DNA of 64,000 bases, from assembly GCA_965243025.1 (NCBI GenBank), contig CBDETY010000003.1:5344001-5408000 (forward strand), in the 5' to 3' direction. How positions within the stretch are numbered: position 1 is the first letter of the stretch; each line of letters starts with the position of its first letter. This stretch comes from Candidatus Latescibacterota bacterium. GTDB taxonomy: Bacteria; Latescibacterota; UBA2968; UBA8231. This document shows positions 1 through 10,316 of the stretch, one piece after another. Both the position numbers and the translations under genes were made by a program. Below the pieces are notes generated by a model. The model saw nothing but the letters and a program-made list of their open reading frames with translations, ran no database searches and was not told where the DNA came from.

Positions 1-672
1 GACCCGTTCTGGATGGACCCGGAGTACGACCTGTGGTACAGGCTGCTCAACTGCGGCATCCGCCTGCCGGCCTCCACCGGGACGGACTGGTTCGTCTGCT
101 CGAACAACCGCGTCTACGTGCAGACCTCGGAGGAGTTCTCCTACGCCGCCTGGATCGAGGGCATGAAGGCGGGGCGCACCTACATCACCAACGGGCCGGC
201 GATCGACATGAAGGTCAACGGCGAGCCGATCGGTTCGACGGTGGCCTGCGCCGTGGGAGCGCGCGTCGAGGTCGAGGTTCCTTTCCGCAGCTGTTACCCG
301 GTCGACTCGGTGGAGATCCTGGTCAACGGCAGCGTCGTGGAGCGGTGCGAGTTTCCCGGGGGCGCCCGCGAAGGCTCGCTGAGGGGGGAGGCGGCAGTGG
401 AGGCGGACGGCTGGGTCGCCGCCCGGCTCTGGGGGAACTCGCGCGACAGCTTCGACCAGTCGATCTACGCCCACACCAGCCCCACGTACCTCGAGTGCGG
501 CCGCTTTCAGCTCGAGCGGGAGGCCGACGCCCGCTTCTTCGTCGAGGGGGTGGATCAGTCGCTTTCCTGGATCGACACGGTCGGCCGCTACAACGACGAC
601 CGCCAGCGCAACGACGTGAAGGAGCTGTTCCGCAGGGGCCGGGAGGCTTTCGAGGCCCTGTCCCGGCCTTAG
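1..672 (+). CDS. CehA/McbA-family metallohydrolase-like protein, C-terminal part (5' truncated by the window edge)
   Basis: WYRLLNCG..LPASTGTDW, RVYV, G.TYITNGP and AHTSP.Y motifs typical of this PHP-related family. Confidence 0.7.
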   Translation, partial: DPFWMDPEYDLWYRLLNCGIRLPASTGTDWFVCSNNRVYVQTSEEFSYAAWIEGMKAGRTYITNGPAIDMKVNGEPIGSTVACAVGARVEVEVPFRSCYPVDSVEILVNGSVVERCEFPGGAREGSLRGEAAVEADGWVAARLWGNSRDSFDQSIYAHTSPTYLECGRFQLEREADARFFVEGVDQSLSWIDTVGRYNDDRQRNDVKELFRRGREAFEALSRP

Positions 673-730
673 CTGTTGGCCCCCGCCGGCCTTCCGGGTG
701 GACGGGCAGCCTCGTGTGGCTGAGGCCGCC

Positions 731-1666
731 TCAGTGTGACAGGAACCGCTCCGCCTCGATAGCCGCCATGCAGCCGGTGCCGGCCGCGGTCACGGCCTGG
801 CGGTACACGTGGTCCTGGGCGTCGCCGCAGACGAACACCCCGGGGATGTTGGTCGCCGTCGAGTCCGGGGCGGTGACGATGTAGCCGTTCCCGTCCATGT
901 CGAGGAGCCCTTCGAACAGCTGCGTGTTGGGGACGTGGCCGATCGCCATGAACACCCCCCCGCAGTCCCGCTCCCAGGTCTCGCCGGTGTCGGGGTTCCT
1001 CAGGCGCACTCCGCTTACCGCCAACTCGCCGTTCGGCGACAGGATCTCCTCGACCACCGCCGGGGTGACGAAGTCGATCTTCGGGTTGTCCCGGGCGCGC
1101 TTGAGCATGATCCGCGAGGCGCGGAACCCGGAGCGGCGGTGCACGACGCTGACCCTGCTGGCGAACTTGGTGAGGAAGGTCGCCTCCTCCATGGCCGAGT
1201 CGCCGCCCCCGACGACGACCAGCTCCTTGTCGCGGAAGAAGAAGCCGTCGCAGGTGGCGCAGGCGGAGACCCCGTGGCCCATCAGGCGGGTCTCCGATTC
1301 GATTCCGAGGAGCCGCGCCGAGGCCCCGGTGGCGACGATCACGGCGTCCGCGGTGTAAACGGCGCCCTCGGCGTCGACGCGGAACGGGGTCCCCGAGAAA
1401 TCGACCGCGGTGGCGGTCCTGTAGAGGCACTGCGCCCCGAAGCGCACCGCCTGGGCCCGGAACTTGTCCATCATCTCCGGCCCCATGATGCCCTCGGGAA
1501 AGCCGGGATAGTTCTCGACGTCGGTGGTGATCGTCAGCTGTCCGCCGGGCTGGGCTCCCTCGAGCACGAGGGGGGCGAGGTCGGCCCGGGCGCTGTAGAG
1601 GGCGGCGGTGAATCCTGCGGGCCCCGACCCTATGATGAGGACGCGGTGGTGGTTCTCTTCAGACAT
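731..1666 (-). CDS. trxB: thioredoxin-disulfide reductase
   Basis: [11 protein letters not shown] motif, CATCDG redox centre, [15 protein letters not shown] motif, [12 protein letters not shown]. Confidence 0.97.
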   Translation of the reverse strand: MSEENHHRVLIIGSGPAGFTAALYSARADLAPLVLEGAQPGGQLTITTDVENYPGFPEGIMGPEMMDKFRAQAVRFGAQCLYRTATAVDFSGTPFRVDAEGAVYTADAVIVATGASARLLGIESETRLMGHGVSACATCDGFFFRDKELVVVGGGDSAMEEATFLTKFASRVSVVHRRSGFRASRIMLKRARDNPKIDFVTPAVVEEILSPNGELAVSGVRLRNPDTGETWERDCGGVFMAIGHVPNTQLFEGLLDMDGNGYIVTAPDSTATNIPGVFVCGDAQDHVYRQAVTAAGTGCMAAIEAERFLSH

Positions 1667-1819
1667 TGTCCTGGCCGGAAAGGGAAAGTGGTTGGAGGAA
1701 TCGCGAGCGGCATACGGCGGTGCATCGGTCAGTCAACAACGTCGTTTCCAGGTTCCTTCCGGAGCCGGAAATGGGTCCATCGATGGCCTCGCCAACAGAC
1801 GGGAACCGGCAAGGCCCCC

Positions 1820-2854
1820 TCAGGCGATGCGGTACGGGACCTGCCGGCCCTCGAGCCCGGCGAACAGGTTGTCCACCGACATGCGCGACATCGCGTCGCG
1901 GGTCTGCCTCGTGGCGCTGCCGAGATGGGGGGCGATCACCAGGTTGTCGAGGGCCAGCAGCGGGTGGTCGCGCGGCAGCGGCTCGGGCTCGGTGACGTCG
2001 AGGGCGGCGGCGAAAATGCGCCGCTCCGTCAGGGTTTCCAGCAGGGCGTCGTGGTCGATCACGCCGCCCCGGGCGATGTTGATCAGCACCGCGGTCGGCT
2101 TCATCAGCCCCAGCTCGCCGGACCCGATCATGCCGCGGGTCTCGTCGTTCAGGGGCATGCACAGCATGACGAAATCCGAGCCGGACAGCAGCTCGTCGAG
2201 GGGAACCTTGCGGGCGCCGAGATCCCGCTCCGCCCTCTCGTTGCGGGTGCGGTTGTGGTAGAGAACGGGCATGTCGAAGGCGACGGCGCGCCTGGCGACC
2301 TGGTAGCCGATGCGGCCGAGCCCGACGATGCCCAGGGTCGCCCCGGTCACCATCTGCCCCAGCAGGATGGCCGGGTCGTAGACGGTGAAGTCCGGGCCCC
2401 GGGCGAAATGCTCGCCGACGACGAGGTTGCGGGCGGCGGCCATCATCAGGGTGATTCCCTGGTCCGCGGTGGTCGTGTCGAGCACGCCGGGGGTGTTGCC
2501 GACCGGCAGGCCGAGCTGCCTGGCCCCTTCCAGGTCTATGTGGTCGCACCCGACCCCGAAGTTGCTGATGATCCGAAGTTTCGGCATGCGGGCCATGAGG
2601 CCGCGGTCGACCCACATGTGGCTGTACACGTAGATCGCCTCGACCGCGTCGAAACGGGTGTCCGGCTCCGGTTCGGGCCGCGTCCACATCTTTATTTCGC
2701 AACGGTCTCCGAACAGGGGGATGATCCCCTCGTAGGGCTCGGTATCCGCCTGGAACAGCACCTGGTAGGGCAACAGCGATTCTCCCGCGTTCGACTCGAT
2801 GGCGGTCCGGTCTGGAAGGGCTGTCGAATATAGGTGGGCTCCCGGGTCCAGCAA
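1820..2854 (-). CDS. D-glycerate dehydrogenase/glyoxylate reductase (D-2-hydroxyacid dehydrogenase family); true start may be TTG at 2773
   Basis: GVG.DHID, NTPGVL, GLGRIG, INIARG, LDVTEPEP and PHLGSAT motifs. Confidence 0.88.
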   Translation of the reverse strand: MLDPGAHLYSTALPDRTAIESNAGESLLPYQVLFQADTEPYEGIIPLFGDRCEIKMWTRPEPEPDTRFDAVEAIYVYSHMWVDRGLMARMPKLRIISNFGVGCDHIDLEGARQLGLPVGNTPGVLDTTTADQGITLMMAAARNLVVGEHFARGPDFTVYDPAILLGQMVTGATLGIVGLGRIGYQVARRAVAFDMPVLYHNRTRNERAERDLGARKVPLDELLSGSDFVMLCMPLNDETRGMIGSGELGLMKPTAVLINIARGGVIDHDALLETLTERRIFAAALDVTEPEPLPRDHPLLALDNLVIAPHLGSATRQTRDAMSRMSVDNLFAGLEGRQVPYRIA

Positions 2855-2966
2855 GAAAGCCGGATGCGCAGCGGCCAGCCGCCACCCGTTGACGGGAAGG
2901 GGGAGACGCCCTCAGTTTGGAGCCAATCCGGAACCTGCCGGGCAACAGCCGCAAAAGCCGCAAACC

Positions 2967-3782
2967 ATGCTGATTCCCAACCCCCGCGGGCACTACCATT
3001 TCCTCAAGGGGATCGAGCCGTACTCGGCCGGCGTCATCGCCGATCCCGGATTCGAGATCGTTCACGTGACGCTGCGCGATCAGAACGTCGACTGGCGCAA
3101 CGGGTTCGACCTCATCGAGGCGCGGTTGCAGACGGAGGGCATCGAGCGCTCCGCCCTGTGCGGCGTCGAGCTGCGTTCCCCTGCTCCCTTCACCATGCCC
3201 GGATTCATCTCGTTCAACGACGGCTACTGCGGCGTGCTGGAACAGTGGGGGCTGTACGTCGGCGACATGAACCCGGTAGCGCGCACCAACGTCGCGCCTC
3301 ATTACTCTCCCCCGGAGTCGCCGACCCTGTACGGATTCTCCTACGTCATCCCCACCGACGAATCGGTGCCCCCGACCCTGGTGATCGCCGGGGCCGGGGA
3401 GTTGCGCGACGGCATTCTCGACGAGCGGGGGATCGTCCGCGCCGGCGATACCGGTCCGGAAGCGATCGCGGAGAAAGCCGCATTCGTCATGAAGGTGATG
3501 GAGGAACGGCTCCACGGGCTGGGCGCCCGCTGGGACCTGCTGCACGTGATCAACATCTACACGGTGCACCCCATCGACGACATCGTCGAACGCGTCATCC
3601 TCAACCGGCTCGGACCTGCCCGCGGCCGCGGCCTTCACTGGCACCGCAGCCTGCCTCCCGTCGAGGGTATCGAGTTCGAGATGGACATGAGAGGGGTTCG
3701 GCAGGAGTTGTTCAGCCAATCGGGGTTCGGTCAGTTGCAGTTGAGGGTCCATTCCCCGGCAGCGCAGTCCGCGCCGGCGTAA
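2967..3782 (+). CDS. CnbZ-like (2-amino-5-chloromuconate deaminase)/RidA-related protein
   Basis: GIEPYSAGV, ELRSPAPF, NPVARTNV, AGAGE and PPV..IEFEMD.RGV motifs; ATG at 2967 chosen over the upstream GC-rich extension. Confidence 0.7.
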   Translation: MLIPNPRGHYHFLKGIEPYSAGVIADPGFEIVHVTLRDQNVDWRNGFDLIEARLQTEGIERSALCGVELRSPAPFTMPGFISFNDGYCGVLEQWGLYVGDMNPVARTNVAPHYSPPESPTLYGFSYVIPTDESVPPTLVIAGAGELRDGILDERGIVRAGDTGPEAIAEKAAFVMKVMEERLHGLGARWDLLHVINIYTVHPIDDIVERVILNRLGPARGRGLHWHRSLPPVEGIEFEMDMRGVRQELFSQSGFGQLQLRVHSPAAQSAPA

Positions 3783-3824
3783 TCCTATCATTTTCCGGCC
3801 CTTCCGGCCGCCCCTATCTTTTTC

Positions 3825-3884
3825 AAGCCCCTTGGTAAAGTTGCTCTGCAGGCCGCGGCCCGGATGGACTTTTTCAACGGGCTG
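3825..3884. repeat. short, internally deleted copy of MITE-like element family 2
   Basis: Shares TAAAGTTGCTCTGCAG and GGCCGC(A/G)GCCCGGAT...CTTTT with 42111-42325; ends in TTTTTCAACGGGCTG. Confidence 0.55.
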
Positions 3885-3910
3885 TCAGCACTGCCAGGAG
3901 AAATGAAACG

Positions 3911-4774
3911 ATGAGACTGGGTGTCTGCGGCATGGTGCCTGGGGACTTTCGCGAGATCGAAGAATCGCATCTCGAGGCGGTCCGCGCCCTCGACCTGACC
4001 GCGGTGGCCTTTCACGGCGACGGCGAGCGCCTGCCGGATGTGACCCCGTCGGAGTGCCGCCGGGTGCGCGGCAGGATCGCCGGGGCCGGGCTCGAGCTGC
4101 CGCAGTTCGGCATCGGCTTCGGCGAGTGCCTTTTCGATCCCGACGCCGAGGTCAGGCGGCGGGTTATCGCGAAGATCGAGCGCGGCATCGAGGTCGGGGT
4201 GATGCTGAACACCCACGCGACTCTGATCCGAACCGGCAGCCTCAACCCGGCCGGCTCCTACAGCCCGGCGCGGGAAAACCACGAACCGGAATGCCGGGAG
4301 CGTCTCGTCGACACCCTGGGCAGCGTCGCCCGCAAGGCGGAAGCCGAGGGGATGACCATAGTCATCGAGACCCATCTCCTCACCATCATGAACTCTCCGG
4401 AGACCAACGCCGAGGTGGTGGCGGCCGTGGGGTCGGACCGCATCCGGGTCGTCATGGACTTCGTCAACCACTTCCAGACAGTGGCCCAGGTCTTCGACAG
4501 CACACCGCGGCTCGATCACATCTTCGACGTCATGGGGGAGATCGCGCCGGTCGGCCACGTCAAGGACATCCGCGTCGACTCCGGCCTGGTGCTGCATCTC
4601 AACGAAGAGGTTCCGGGCGAGGGGGAGCTCGACCTGGGGACGGCCCTGCGGCGCTGGCACCGGCTGCACCCGGACGGCTACATGCTGCTCGAGCACCTGC
4701 CGGCCGAGAAGTACCCGCGCGCCGCGGCGAACGTGCGACGGATCGCCCGCGAAGCCGGGGTGGAAATCCACTGA
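3911..4774 (+). CDS. sugar phosphate isomerase/epimerase (xylose isomerase-like TIM barrel)
   Basis: IETH, MDFVN, HVKD, PGEG.LD and LLEH metal-binding motifs. Confidence 0.85.
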   Translation: MRLGVCGMVPGDFREIEESHLEAVRALDLTAVAFHGDGERLPDVTPSECRRVRGRIAGAGLELPQFGIGFGECLFDPDAEVRRRVIAKIERGIEVGVMLNTHATLIRTGSLNPAGSYSPARENHEPECRERLVDTLGSVARKAEAEGMTIVIETHLLTIMNSPETNAEVVAAVGSDRIRVVMDFVNHFQTVAQVFDSTPRLDHIFDVMGEIAPVGHVKDIRVDSGLVLHLNEEVPGEGELDLGTALRRWHRLHPDGYMLLEHLPAEKYPRAAANVRRIAREAGVEIH

Positions 4775-4880
4775 GACCGCAACAGATTCATCGAACCACG
4801 GCGGTGCAACCGTAGAGGCCGGGGAACCCGGCCTGCGACTCGCCTGTCCCGCCGCCGCTTTAACGGAAACAGGAGCAGCA

Positions 4881-6077
4881 ATGATCAGACCTCACGGAGC
4901 GGAGACGCTCAATCCGCGCATTGTCGGCGACGCCGACCGGGCCGGCCTGGAAGCCGAGGCCGCGGACCTTCCCTCGGTGGTCGCCGCCTCGGGGGCCGCG
5001 GCTTCCGCGGTGATGCTGGCCTCGGGCTACTTCACCCCCTGCGACGGCTTCATGGACCTCGAGACCTCCCTGTCGGTCGCCGCGGACATGCGGCTGCCGG
5101 AAAGCGGGCTGCTGTGGCCGGTTCCAGTCGTCAACATCCTGCCGGCGAGCCAGCTGCCGCGCGGGCTGCAGTCCGGGGCGCGGCTGGCCCTGCGCGACCC
5201 CAACGTCGCCGGCAATCCGGTGCTGGCCGTGCAGGAGGTGACCGGGATCAGCGAGCTGACCGCCGACGACCGGGCGGCGATGGTCGAGAACGTCTTCCGC
5301 ACCTCCGATCCCGCCCACCCGGGGGTCGCCGCCTTCACGGCGATGGGGGATACCCTGCTCGCCGGGCCGGTCGAGGTCCTCAACTACTCCTACTTCGCCG
5401 ATGACTTCCCCGAAACCTTCCGCACCGCCGGCGAGATCCGCGCCGGGTTCGAGGAACGGGGCTGGGAGAAGGTGGTCGCCTTCCAGACGCGCAACCCCAT
5501 GCACCGGGCGCACGAGGAGCTGTGCCGCATGGCCCTGGAAGCGGTCGGCGCCGACGGCCTGCTGATCCACATGCTGCTCGGCAAGCTCAAGCCGGGAGAC
5601 ATTCCCGCCGACGTGAGAGACGCGTCGATCCGCAAGATGGTCGAGCTCTACTTTCCCCCGAACTCGGCGATGGTGACCGGCTACGGCTTCGACATGCTCT
5701 ACGCCGGCCCGCGCGAGGCGGTCCTGCACGCCATCTTCCGTCAGAACGCAGGCTGCACCCACCTGATCGTCGGCCGCGACCACGCCGGCGTCGGCGACTA
5801 CTACGGGGCCTTCGACGCCCAGACCATCTTCGACGACATCCCCGGGGACGCCCTGGAGATCGAGATCTTTCGGGGGGACCACACGGTCTGGTGCAACGAG
5901 TGCGGCGCCGTCGTGATGATCAGGGACTGCCCGCACGAGTCCGACGCCTACCTCATGCTGTCCGGCACGAAAGTCAGGGACATGCTGGCCGCCGGGGAAG
6001 CGCTGCCGCCCGAGTTCGCCCGTCCCGAGGTGGCCGCGATCCTGGCGGAGTACTACCAGCAGGAGGAAGCCGGCTGA
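4881..6077 (+). CDS. sat: sulfate adenylyltransferase
   Basis: AFQTRNPMHRAHE, YAGPREA.LHA and IVGRDHAGVG motifs; RBS AGGAG upstream. Confidence 0.96.
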   Translation: MIRPHGAETLNPRIVGDADRAGLEAEAADLPSVVAASGAAASAVMLASGYFTPCDGFMDLETSLSVAADMRLPESGLLWPVPVVNILPASQLPRGLQSGARLALRDPNVAGNPVLAVQEVTGISELTADDRAAMVENVFRTSDPAHPGVAAFTAMGDTLLAGPVEVLNYSYFADDFPETFRTAGEIRAGFEERGWEKVVAFQTRNPMHRAHEELCRMALEAVGADGLLIHMLLGKLKPGDIPADVRDASIRKMVELYFPPNSAMVTGYGFDMLYAGPREAVLHAIFRQNAGCTHLIVGRDHAGVGDYYGAFDAQTIFDDIPGDALEIEIFRGDHTVWCNECGAVVMIRDCPHESDAYLMLSGTKVRDMLAAGEALPPEFARPEVAAILAEYYQQEEAG

Positions 6078-6099
6078 GAGCCGGCCTCTGAGCAAGCGG

Positions 6100-7107
6100 C
6101 TACGGCCTCTGCACGGCGCTGTCGCGGCGCTCGTGCATGTTCTTCTCCATGGACTCCGGGTAGCGGTCCGGAAGGCGGGAGACTTCGTCCAGCCTGCCTC
6201 TGGCACCGGGGTCGAGAGTCCAGCCGGCGGCCTGCACGTTGTCGGCGAACTGCCCGAGAGTGCGCGCCCCGGCGATCACGGAGGTGACGGCGGGCTGTTC
6301 GAGGACCCAGCGCAGGGCGACCTGCGAGGGGGACCTGCCGGCCTCGGCGGCGACCTCGAGCAGGCACTGCAGCGACTCGTCGGCGTTGGCTGCGAAGTAG
6401 CTCTCGGGATATGCCCAGCCCTCCTCGGACCGGGTGCCCCGCACGGTGCGTTCCCCGGGGCGGTACTTCCCCGTGAGGAACCCCCCTCCCAGCGGACTCC
6501 AGACCACCACCCCCAGCCCCTTGTGCAGGCAGAGCGGGATCAGCTCCTGCTCGATGTCCCGGACCACGAGGCTGTACTGGGGCTGGAAGCACTCGAAGCG
6601 GGCCCAGTCGTTGGCGTCGCTGACCCACAACGCCTCGCACAGGCGCCAGGCCTGGTAGTTGCTGCAGGCGGTGTAGCGGACCTTGCCCTGGCGCACGAGG
6701 TCGTCGAGGGCGCGCAGCATCTCCTCCAAGGGGGTCTGCGTGTCGACGTGGTGGATGTAGTAGAGGTCGACGTGGTCCATGCGCAGGCGGCGCAGGCTCG
6801 CTTCGACGGCCTGCATGACGTGCAGCCGCGACATCCCCGAATCGTTGGGGCCGGTTCCCATCGGGTTGAAGAACTTGGTCGCCACCACGGCGTCGTCGCG
6901 GCGCCCCTCGAGGGCCCTGCCGAGCAGCACCTCCGACTCCCCCTCCCCGTAGGAGTTGGCGGTGTCGAAGAAGTTGACCCCGGCGTCGATGGCGGCGTCG
7001 ACGATCCGCCCCGACTCCGCCTCGCCGGTGCCGTGCCCGAAGGTCATGGTGCCGAGGCAGATCTCCGAAACCTTGAGGCCGGTGCGCCCCATTCTCCTGT
7101 ATTCCAT
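6100..7107 (-). CDS. aldo/keto reductase
   Basis: MEYRRMGRTGLKVSEICLGTMTFG, FDTANSY, SLRRL..D.VDLYY and WSPLGGG.LTGKY; RBS AAAGGAG. Confidence 0.93.
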   Translation of the reverse strand: MEYRRMGRTGLKVSEICLGTMTFGHGTGEAESGRIVDAAIDAGVNFFDTANSYGEGESEVLLGRALEGRRDDAVVATKFFNPMGTGPNDSGMSRLHVMQAVEASLRRLRMDHVDLYYIHHVDTQTPLEEMLRALDDLVRQGKVRYTACSNYQAWRLCEALWVSDANDWARFECFQPQYSLVVRDIEQELIPLCLHKGLGVVVWSPLGGGFLTGKYRPGERTVRGTRSEEGWAYPESYFAANADESLQCLLEVAAEAGRSPSQVALRWVLEQPAVTSVIAGARTLGQFADNVQAAGWTLDPGARGRLDEVSRLPDRYPESMEKNMHERRDSAVQRP

Positions 7108-7145
7108 CGCCGCGTCTCCTTTTGGAATTCGTTGTTCCCTGACGG

Positions 7146-8210
7146 TCAGGCGCGGTAGCGGTCCTCGTCTTCCGGTTCGGCGGCGACCTCGGCGAGCGCG
7201 ACTCCGAGGGCGCTTCCGCACTCCTCCAGCTCCGCCCAGGTACGGCGCGGGATCTCGATGCCGCCGCGCAGGCGCTCGACCCGGCTGCGGTGCTCGAAAT
7301 CGCCGGGAACGATCACCTCGTCGAAGCCGGGGGCCGGCGGTGTCGACTTGACGCGGTCGAGAAAGGCCCGCGCGGCCTCCCGGTACGGTTCCAGCGGCGT
7401 CATGCCCTCGACGTTCATCACCAGCATGACGTGGCCGAGGATGCGCCCCTCTCCCGCCTCGTGGTCTCCCGACAGCCCGCACAGCAGCCCGACGAGCAGC
7501 GACAGGGCGTATCCCTTGTGGCCGCCGAAGCCGGGCAGGTTTCCGCCCTCGAAGTAGGCTTCCGGGTCGTCGCTTGGGTTGCCTTCCCGGTCGACGATGA
7601 AGCGGCCGGGCAGGGGCAGGCCGCGGCTGCGGGCGAGCAGGGCCTTGCTGATGGCTATCCTGCTGGTGGCGTAGTCGAGGACGAAGGGCGGTCCCTCCGC
7701 GGTGGGGATCCCCGCGGCGATCGGGTTGGTCCCCAGGGCCCCTTCGGCGCCCCCCCAGGGAAGCGTGCAGGAGCCGCTGCCGCCGTAGAGGACGATGCCG
7801 ATGAACCCCTCCCGGGCCGCCATCTCCGCGTACTCCCCGAGCCGCCCCATGTGCTGGATGCGGCGGAAGCTGGCGCGGCAGATTTCCTGTTCCGCGGCCT
7901 TCTCGAGCAGCCTCCTCATGCCCCAGCGGGCAACGTAATGTCCGTGGCCGTCGCGGCCGTCGATGACCAGACTGGCCGCCGTCTCCCTGACGACCTCCGG
8001 CTCGGCGCCGGCGTCGAGCTGTCCGTCGGCAATCGATTTCAGGTAGCGCGGCAGGTGGAGGACCCCGTGGGAGTCGTGGCCCGCGAGGTTTGAGTTGACG
8101 AGCACTTCGGCGACGGCGTCGGCGATGTGCCTCGGCGTGGCCGCGGCCATCAGCAGACGGCGGATGAGGGCGTGAAGCCCGGGGGCCGTCAGTCTTGTCG
8201 AGGGGGACAT
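7146..8210 (-). CDS. Ldh_2 family (malate/L-lactate/sulfolactate-type) oxidoreductase
   Basis: GHDSHG, HMGRLGEY, GTNPIA, D.ATS and FGGHKGY motifs. Confidence 0.9.
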   Translation of the reverse strand: MSPSTRLTAPGLHALIRRLLMAAATPRHIADAVAEVLVNSNLAGHDSHGVLHLPRYLKSIADGQLDAGAEPEVVRETAASLVIDGRDGHGHYVARWGMRRLLEKAAEQEICRASFRRIQHMGRLGEYAEMAAREGFIGIVLYGGSGSCTLPWGGAEGALGTNPIAAGIPTAEGPPFVLDYATSRIAISKALLARSRGLPLPGRFIVDREGNPSDDPEAYFEGGNLPGFGGHKGYALSLLVGLLCGLSGDHEAGEGRILGHVMLVMNVEGMTPLEPYREAARAFLDRVKSTPPAPGFDEVIVPGDFEHRSRVERLRGGIEIPRRTWAELEECGSALGVALAEVAAEPEDEDRYRA

Positions 8211-8342
8211 TTTCGGTGCTCCACCAGGTGTGGTGGCGATAATCTCTTCCGGCGGGGCGCCGCTGCCAAATCGTGCGGGCAGGCAGGAAGACGTGGCAGG
8301 GGAATGCAGGTGGCCCTGGATCGTCTGAATCCTCTGCGGCGG

Positions 8343-8714
8343 TCATCCCCGGGCAAGGAAATGAATAACGAACCCGACGATACCGCCTGCGGCACCGCTG
8401 AGGGTGAGAACCAGCCCGATAACCTTCCACATGGTTTCGACCCCCATCTTGCCGGTCAACCCGGTGGCAAGCGTCTTGATGTCCCCGGCCTGGCGATGCA
8501 AGTCATCCTGAACGGCGTGCATCAGCAGATCGACGGTTTCCTTGTCCGATTTCTTTTCGATCTCGTGCTCGATAATGGAAAGACGAGTCTGAACCTCGCG
8601 GCGGTAATCTTCGAGGATGCCGCGGAATTCGTTGCGCCAGGTGTCGAATGTGTGGGCGAGGAGGCGCTCCCCCTGCTCACAGTCGAGGTCCGTGGAGAAA
8701 TGTGGTTTTTCCAT
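8343..8714 (-). CDS. hypothetical protein, coiled-coil with C-terminal transmembrane helix
   Basis: 123 aa ORF with RBS-like GAAGGA; hydrophobic C-terminus WKVIGLVLTLSGAAGGIVGFVIHF. Confidence 0.65.
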   Translation of the reverse strand: MEKPHFSTDLDCEQGERLLAHTFDTWRNEFRGILEDYRREVQTRLSIIEHEIEKKSDKETVDLLMHAVQDDLHRQAGDIKTLATGLTGKMGVETMWKVIGLVLTLSGAAGGIVGFVIHFLARG

Positions 8715-8910
8715 CGAGATCCTTCGTTTGAGTGAAATCAGACATCCGGATTCGCCTGAACCCAGTTGGAGATTTCAAGGGGAGTATGGAGATCCTGTGG
8801 TCAGGCCAACCCAATGCTTCAGGGGGTACTTACCGGATCGGGGGATAGGGTGTCGGAGACGCGGCAAAAGGAAAAAAAGTCTCTTAGAAAGGACCTCCCC
8901 ACAAAAAAAA

Positions 8911-8936
8911 CCGACACTTTTTCCGGGGTTCCGGTT
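8911..8936 (+). promoter_or_regulatory. putative island-sigma promoter, copy 1 (CCGACA-N14-CCGGTT), upstream of A1
   Basis: Same bipartite motif and spacing at 14131, 15437 and 21738. Confidence 0.6.
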
Positions 8937-9037
8937 AGTAAACACTTGCATCAACAAAACCCCGGCCGAGCGGAGCGTAACAAAACAGTTGTGACATCCC
9001 GCGGCCACCACACCCATAATAGGGGAGAACTTGAACC

Positions 9038-10216
9038 ATGCGACTTCTGCATCGCCCGGCAAGTCTCAAGGGCCTGAACATTCAGAGCCTCAAAAACCAG
9101 GGATTCGACGCCTACCAGCACGGATTCAAGCCGGAGGACCAGAACAACCTGGCCGCCATCTGGAGCCGAGTCACCGGTGCCGTTTCCAGCTTTCAGGACG
9201 GGAACCAGATGGACATCTGGCTGGCCCTGACCCTGGAAGGGGACGACCGTGTGTTTCCTCCTCCCAATACACACGACTGGAAAGCCCTGCAGCTGGAGAC
9301 CTACCAGCGGGAATCCTGGTACAACAACCCGAACCACGCCTTCTACAGCGACATCAGGGACATCGTCAACTACATCCGGAACAGCAGCCGCGCCGGGTCC
9401 AGGCTGAAGGGCATCCGCTGGAATCACGAATACGGGCCGGTGGTCTGGAAGCTGGGCAGCGAGTGGACCGACTATGCCCAGGAACACGCGGCGTCGGACT
9501 ACAATGTCTGCATGAACCACCGGGCGACCGAATGGTGGAACTTCCGCAAGGCCATCGCGCCGAACACGGACGAGCCCGAAGATCGGCAACTGAAGGCAAA
9601 CGCCGCCTACAACAACCCGACGGCTCCGTGGAACGGGTGCGAATATGCCGAATGTCGCAGGCTGTACAGGAAGCTGGTCGACTTCCAGTGCGATGTTCAG
9701 GCCAGGATGGTCGGCCATGTATCCGATCTTCTGACCAACATCAGCTCCAGCTTGAAGCTCATCGTCTACCCGCCGGCCCAGGGGCCGACCGTCCACGGCA
9801 AGACGGAATACACCCTGGACATGAGCCTGAACGGCTTGACCGACAAGCCGAACATCATTTGGGAAATGGGTGACTGGGATTTCCGCGAAGAACCCTACGT
9901 CGCTCTCAGGGCCTGGGCCCGCCAGGCATCGAACGCGGGCGCTCCCTACTTCTTCACGCTTCAGCAGTCCATAGAGCGGTCAGGGTTCCAGGCCCGGCGG
10001 GATCGCATCGAGCAGCTTGTCGCCAACCGGTTCCTAAAGGACGAGGACGGCAACGACCTGGAGAACACCGAGGGCATCACCCGGCCGTGGGACGATTCCT
10101 TCGGGTTTTGGAGCAATTGGACCACGTCCCTGGGAAATGACGGGAATAACATCGATGCCACCCAGCAGGCGGGCTACGTCTCCGACCTCAGGAGTGCGCT
10201 CAACGAACACGGGTAG
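9038..10216 (+). CDS. uncharacterised protein family 'A', copy 1; putative (beta/alpha)8 glycoside-hydrolase-like fold
   Basis: 392 aa; paralog of 15551 and 21998 (GIRWNHE, RLY..VxFQ, P.QGP, WE, FWS.W); no evident signal peptide. Confidence 0.8.
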   Translation: MRLLHRPASLKGLNIQSLKNQGFDAYQHGFKPEDQNNLAAIWSRVTGAVSSFQDGNQMDIWLALTLEGDDRVFPPPNTHDWKALQLETYQRESWYNNPNHAFYSDIRDIVNYIRNSSRAGSRLKGIRWNHEYGPVVWKLGSEWTDYAQEHAASDYNVCMNHRATEWWNFRKAIAPNTDEPEDRQLKANAAYNNPTAPWNGCEYAECRRLYRKLVDFQCDVQARMVGHVSDLLTNISSSLKLIVYPPAQGPTVHGKTEYTLDMSLNGLTDKPNIIWEMGDWDFREEPYVALRAWARQASNAGAPYFFTLQQSIERSGFQARRDRIEQLVANRFLKDEDGNDLENTEGITRPWDDSFGFWSNWTTSLGNDGNNIDATQQAGYVSDLRSALNEHG

Positions 10217-10258
10217 CAGGCAGGCAGGAACCCGACAGGGAAGACAAGGCTGAACGAG

Positions 10259-10302
10259 GAAGGCCCCACCCCCCAGGCAGGAGGTGGGGCCTTCTGGTTT
10301 TT
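10259..10302. terminator. intrinsic terminator between convergent A1 and TolB-like 1
   Basis: GAAGGCCCCACC...GGTGGGGCCTTC 12-bp stem followed by TGGTTTTT. Confidence 0.75.
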
Positions 10303-10316
10303 GTCCCGCATAGGAG

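Noticed and set aside
6100-8430. 776-aa ORF as a fused aldo/keto reductase
   Set aside because: The upstream part overlaps the Ldh_2 gene in another frame and is low complexity; the real start with RBS is at 7107.
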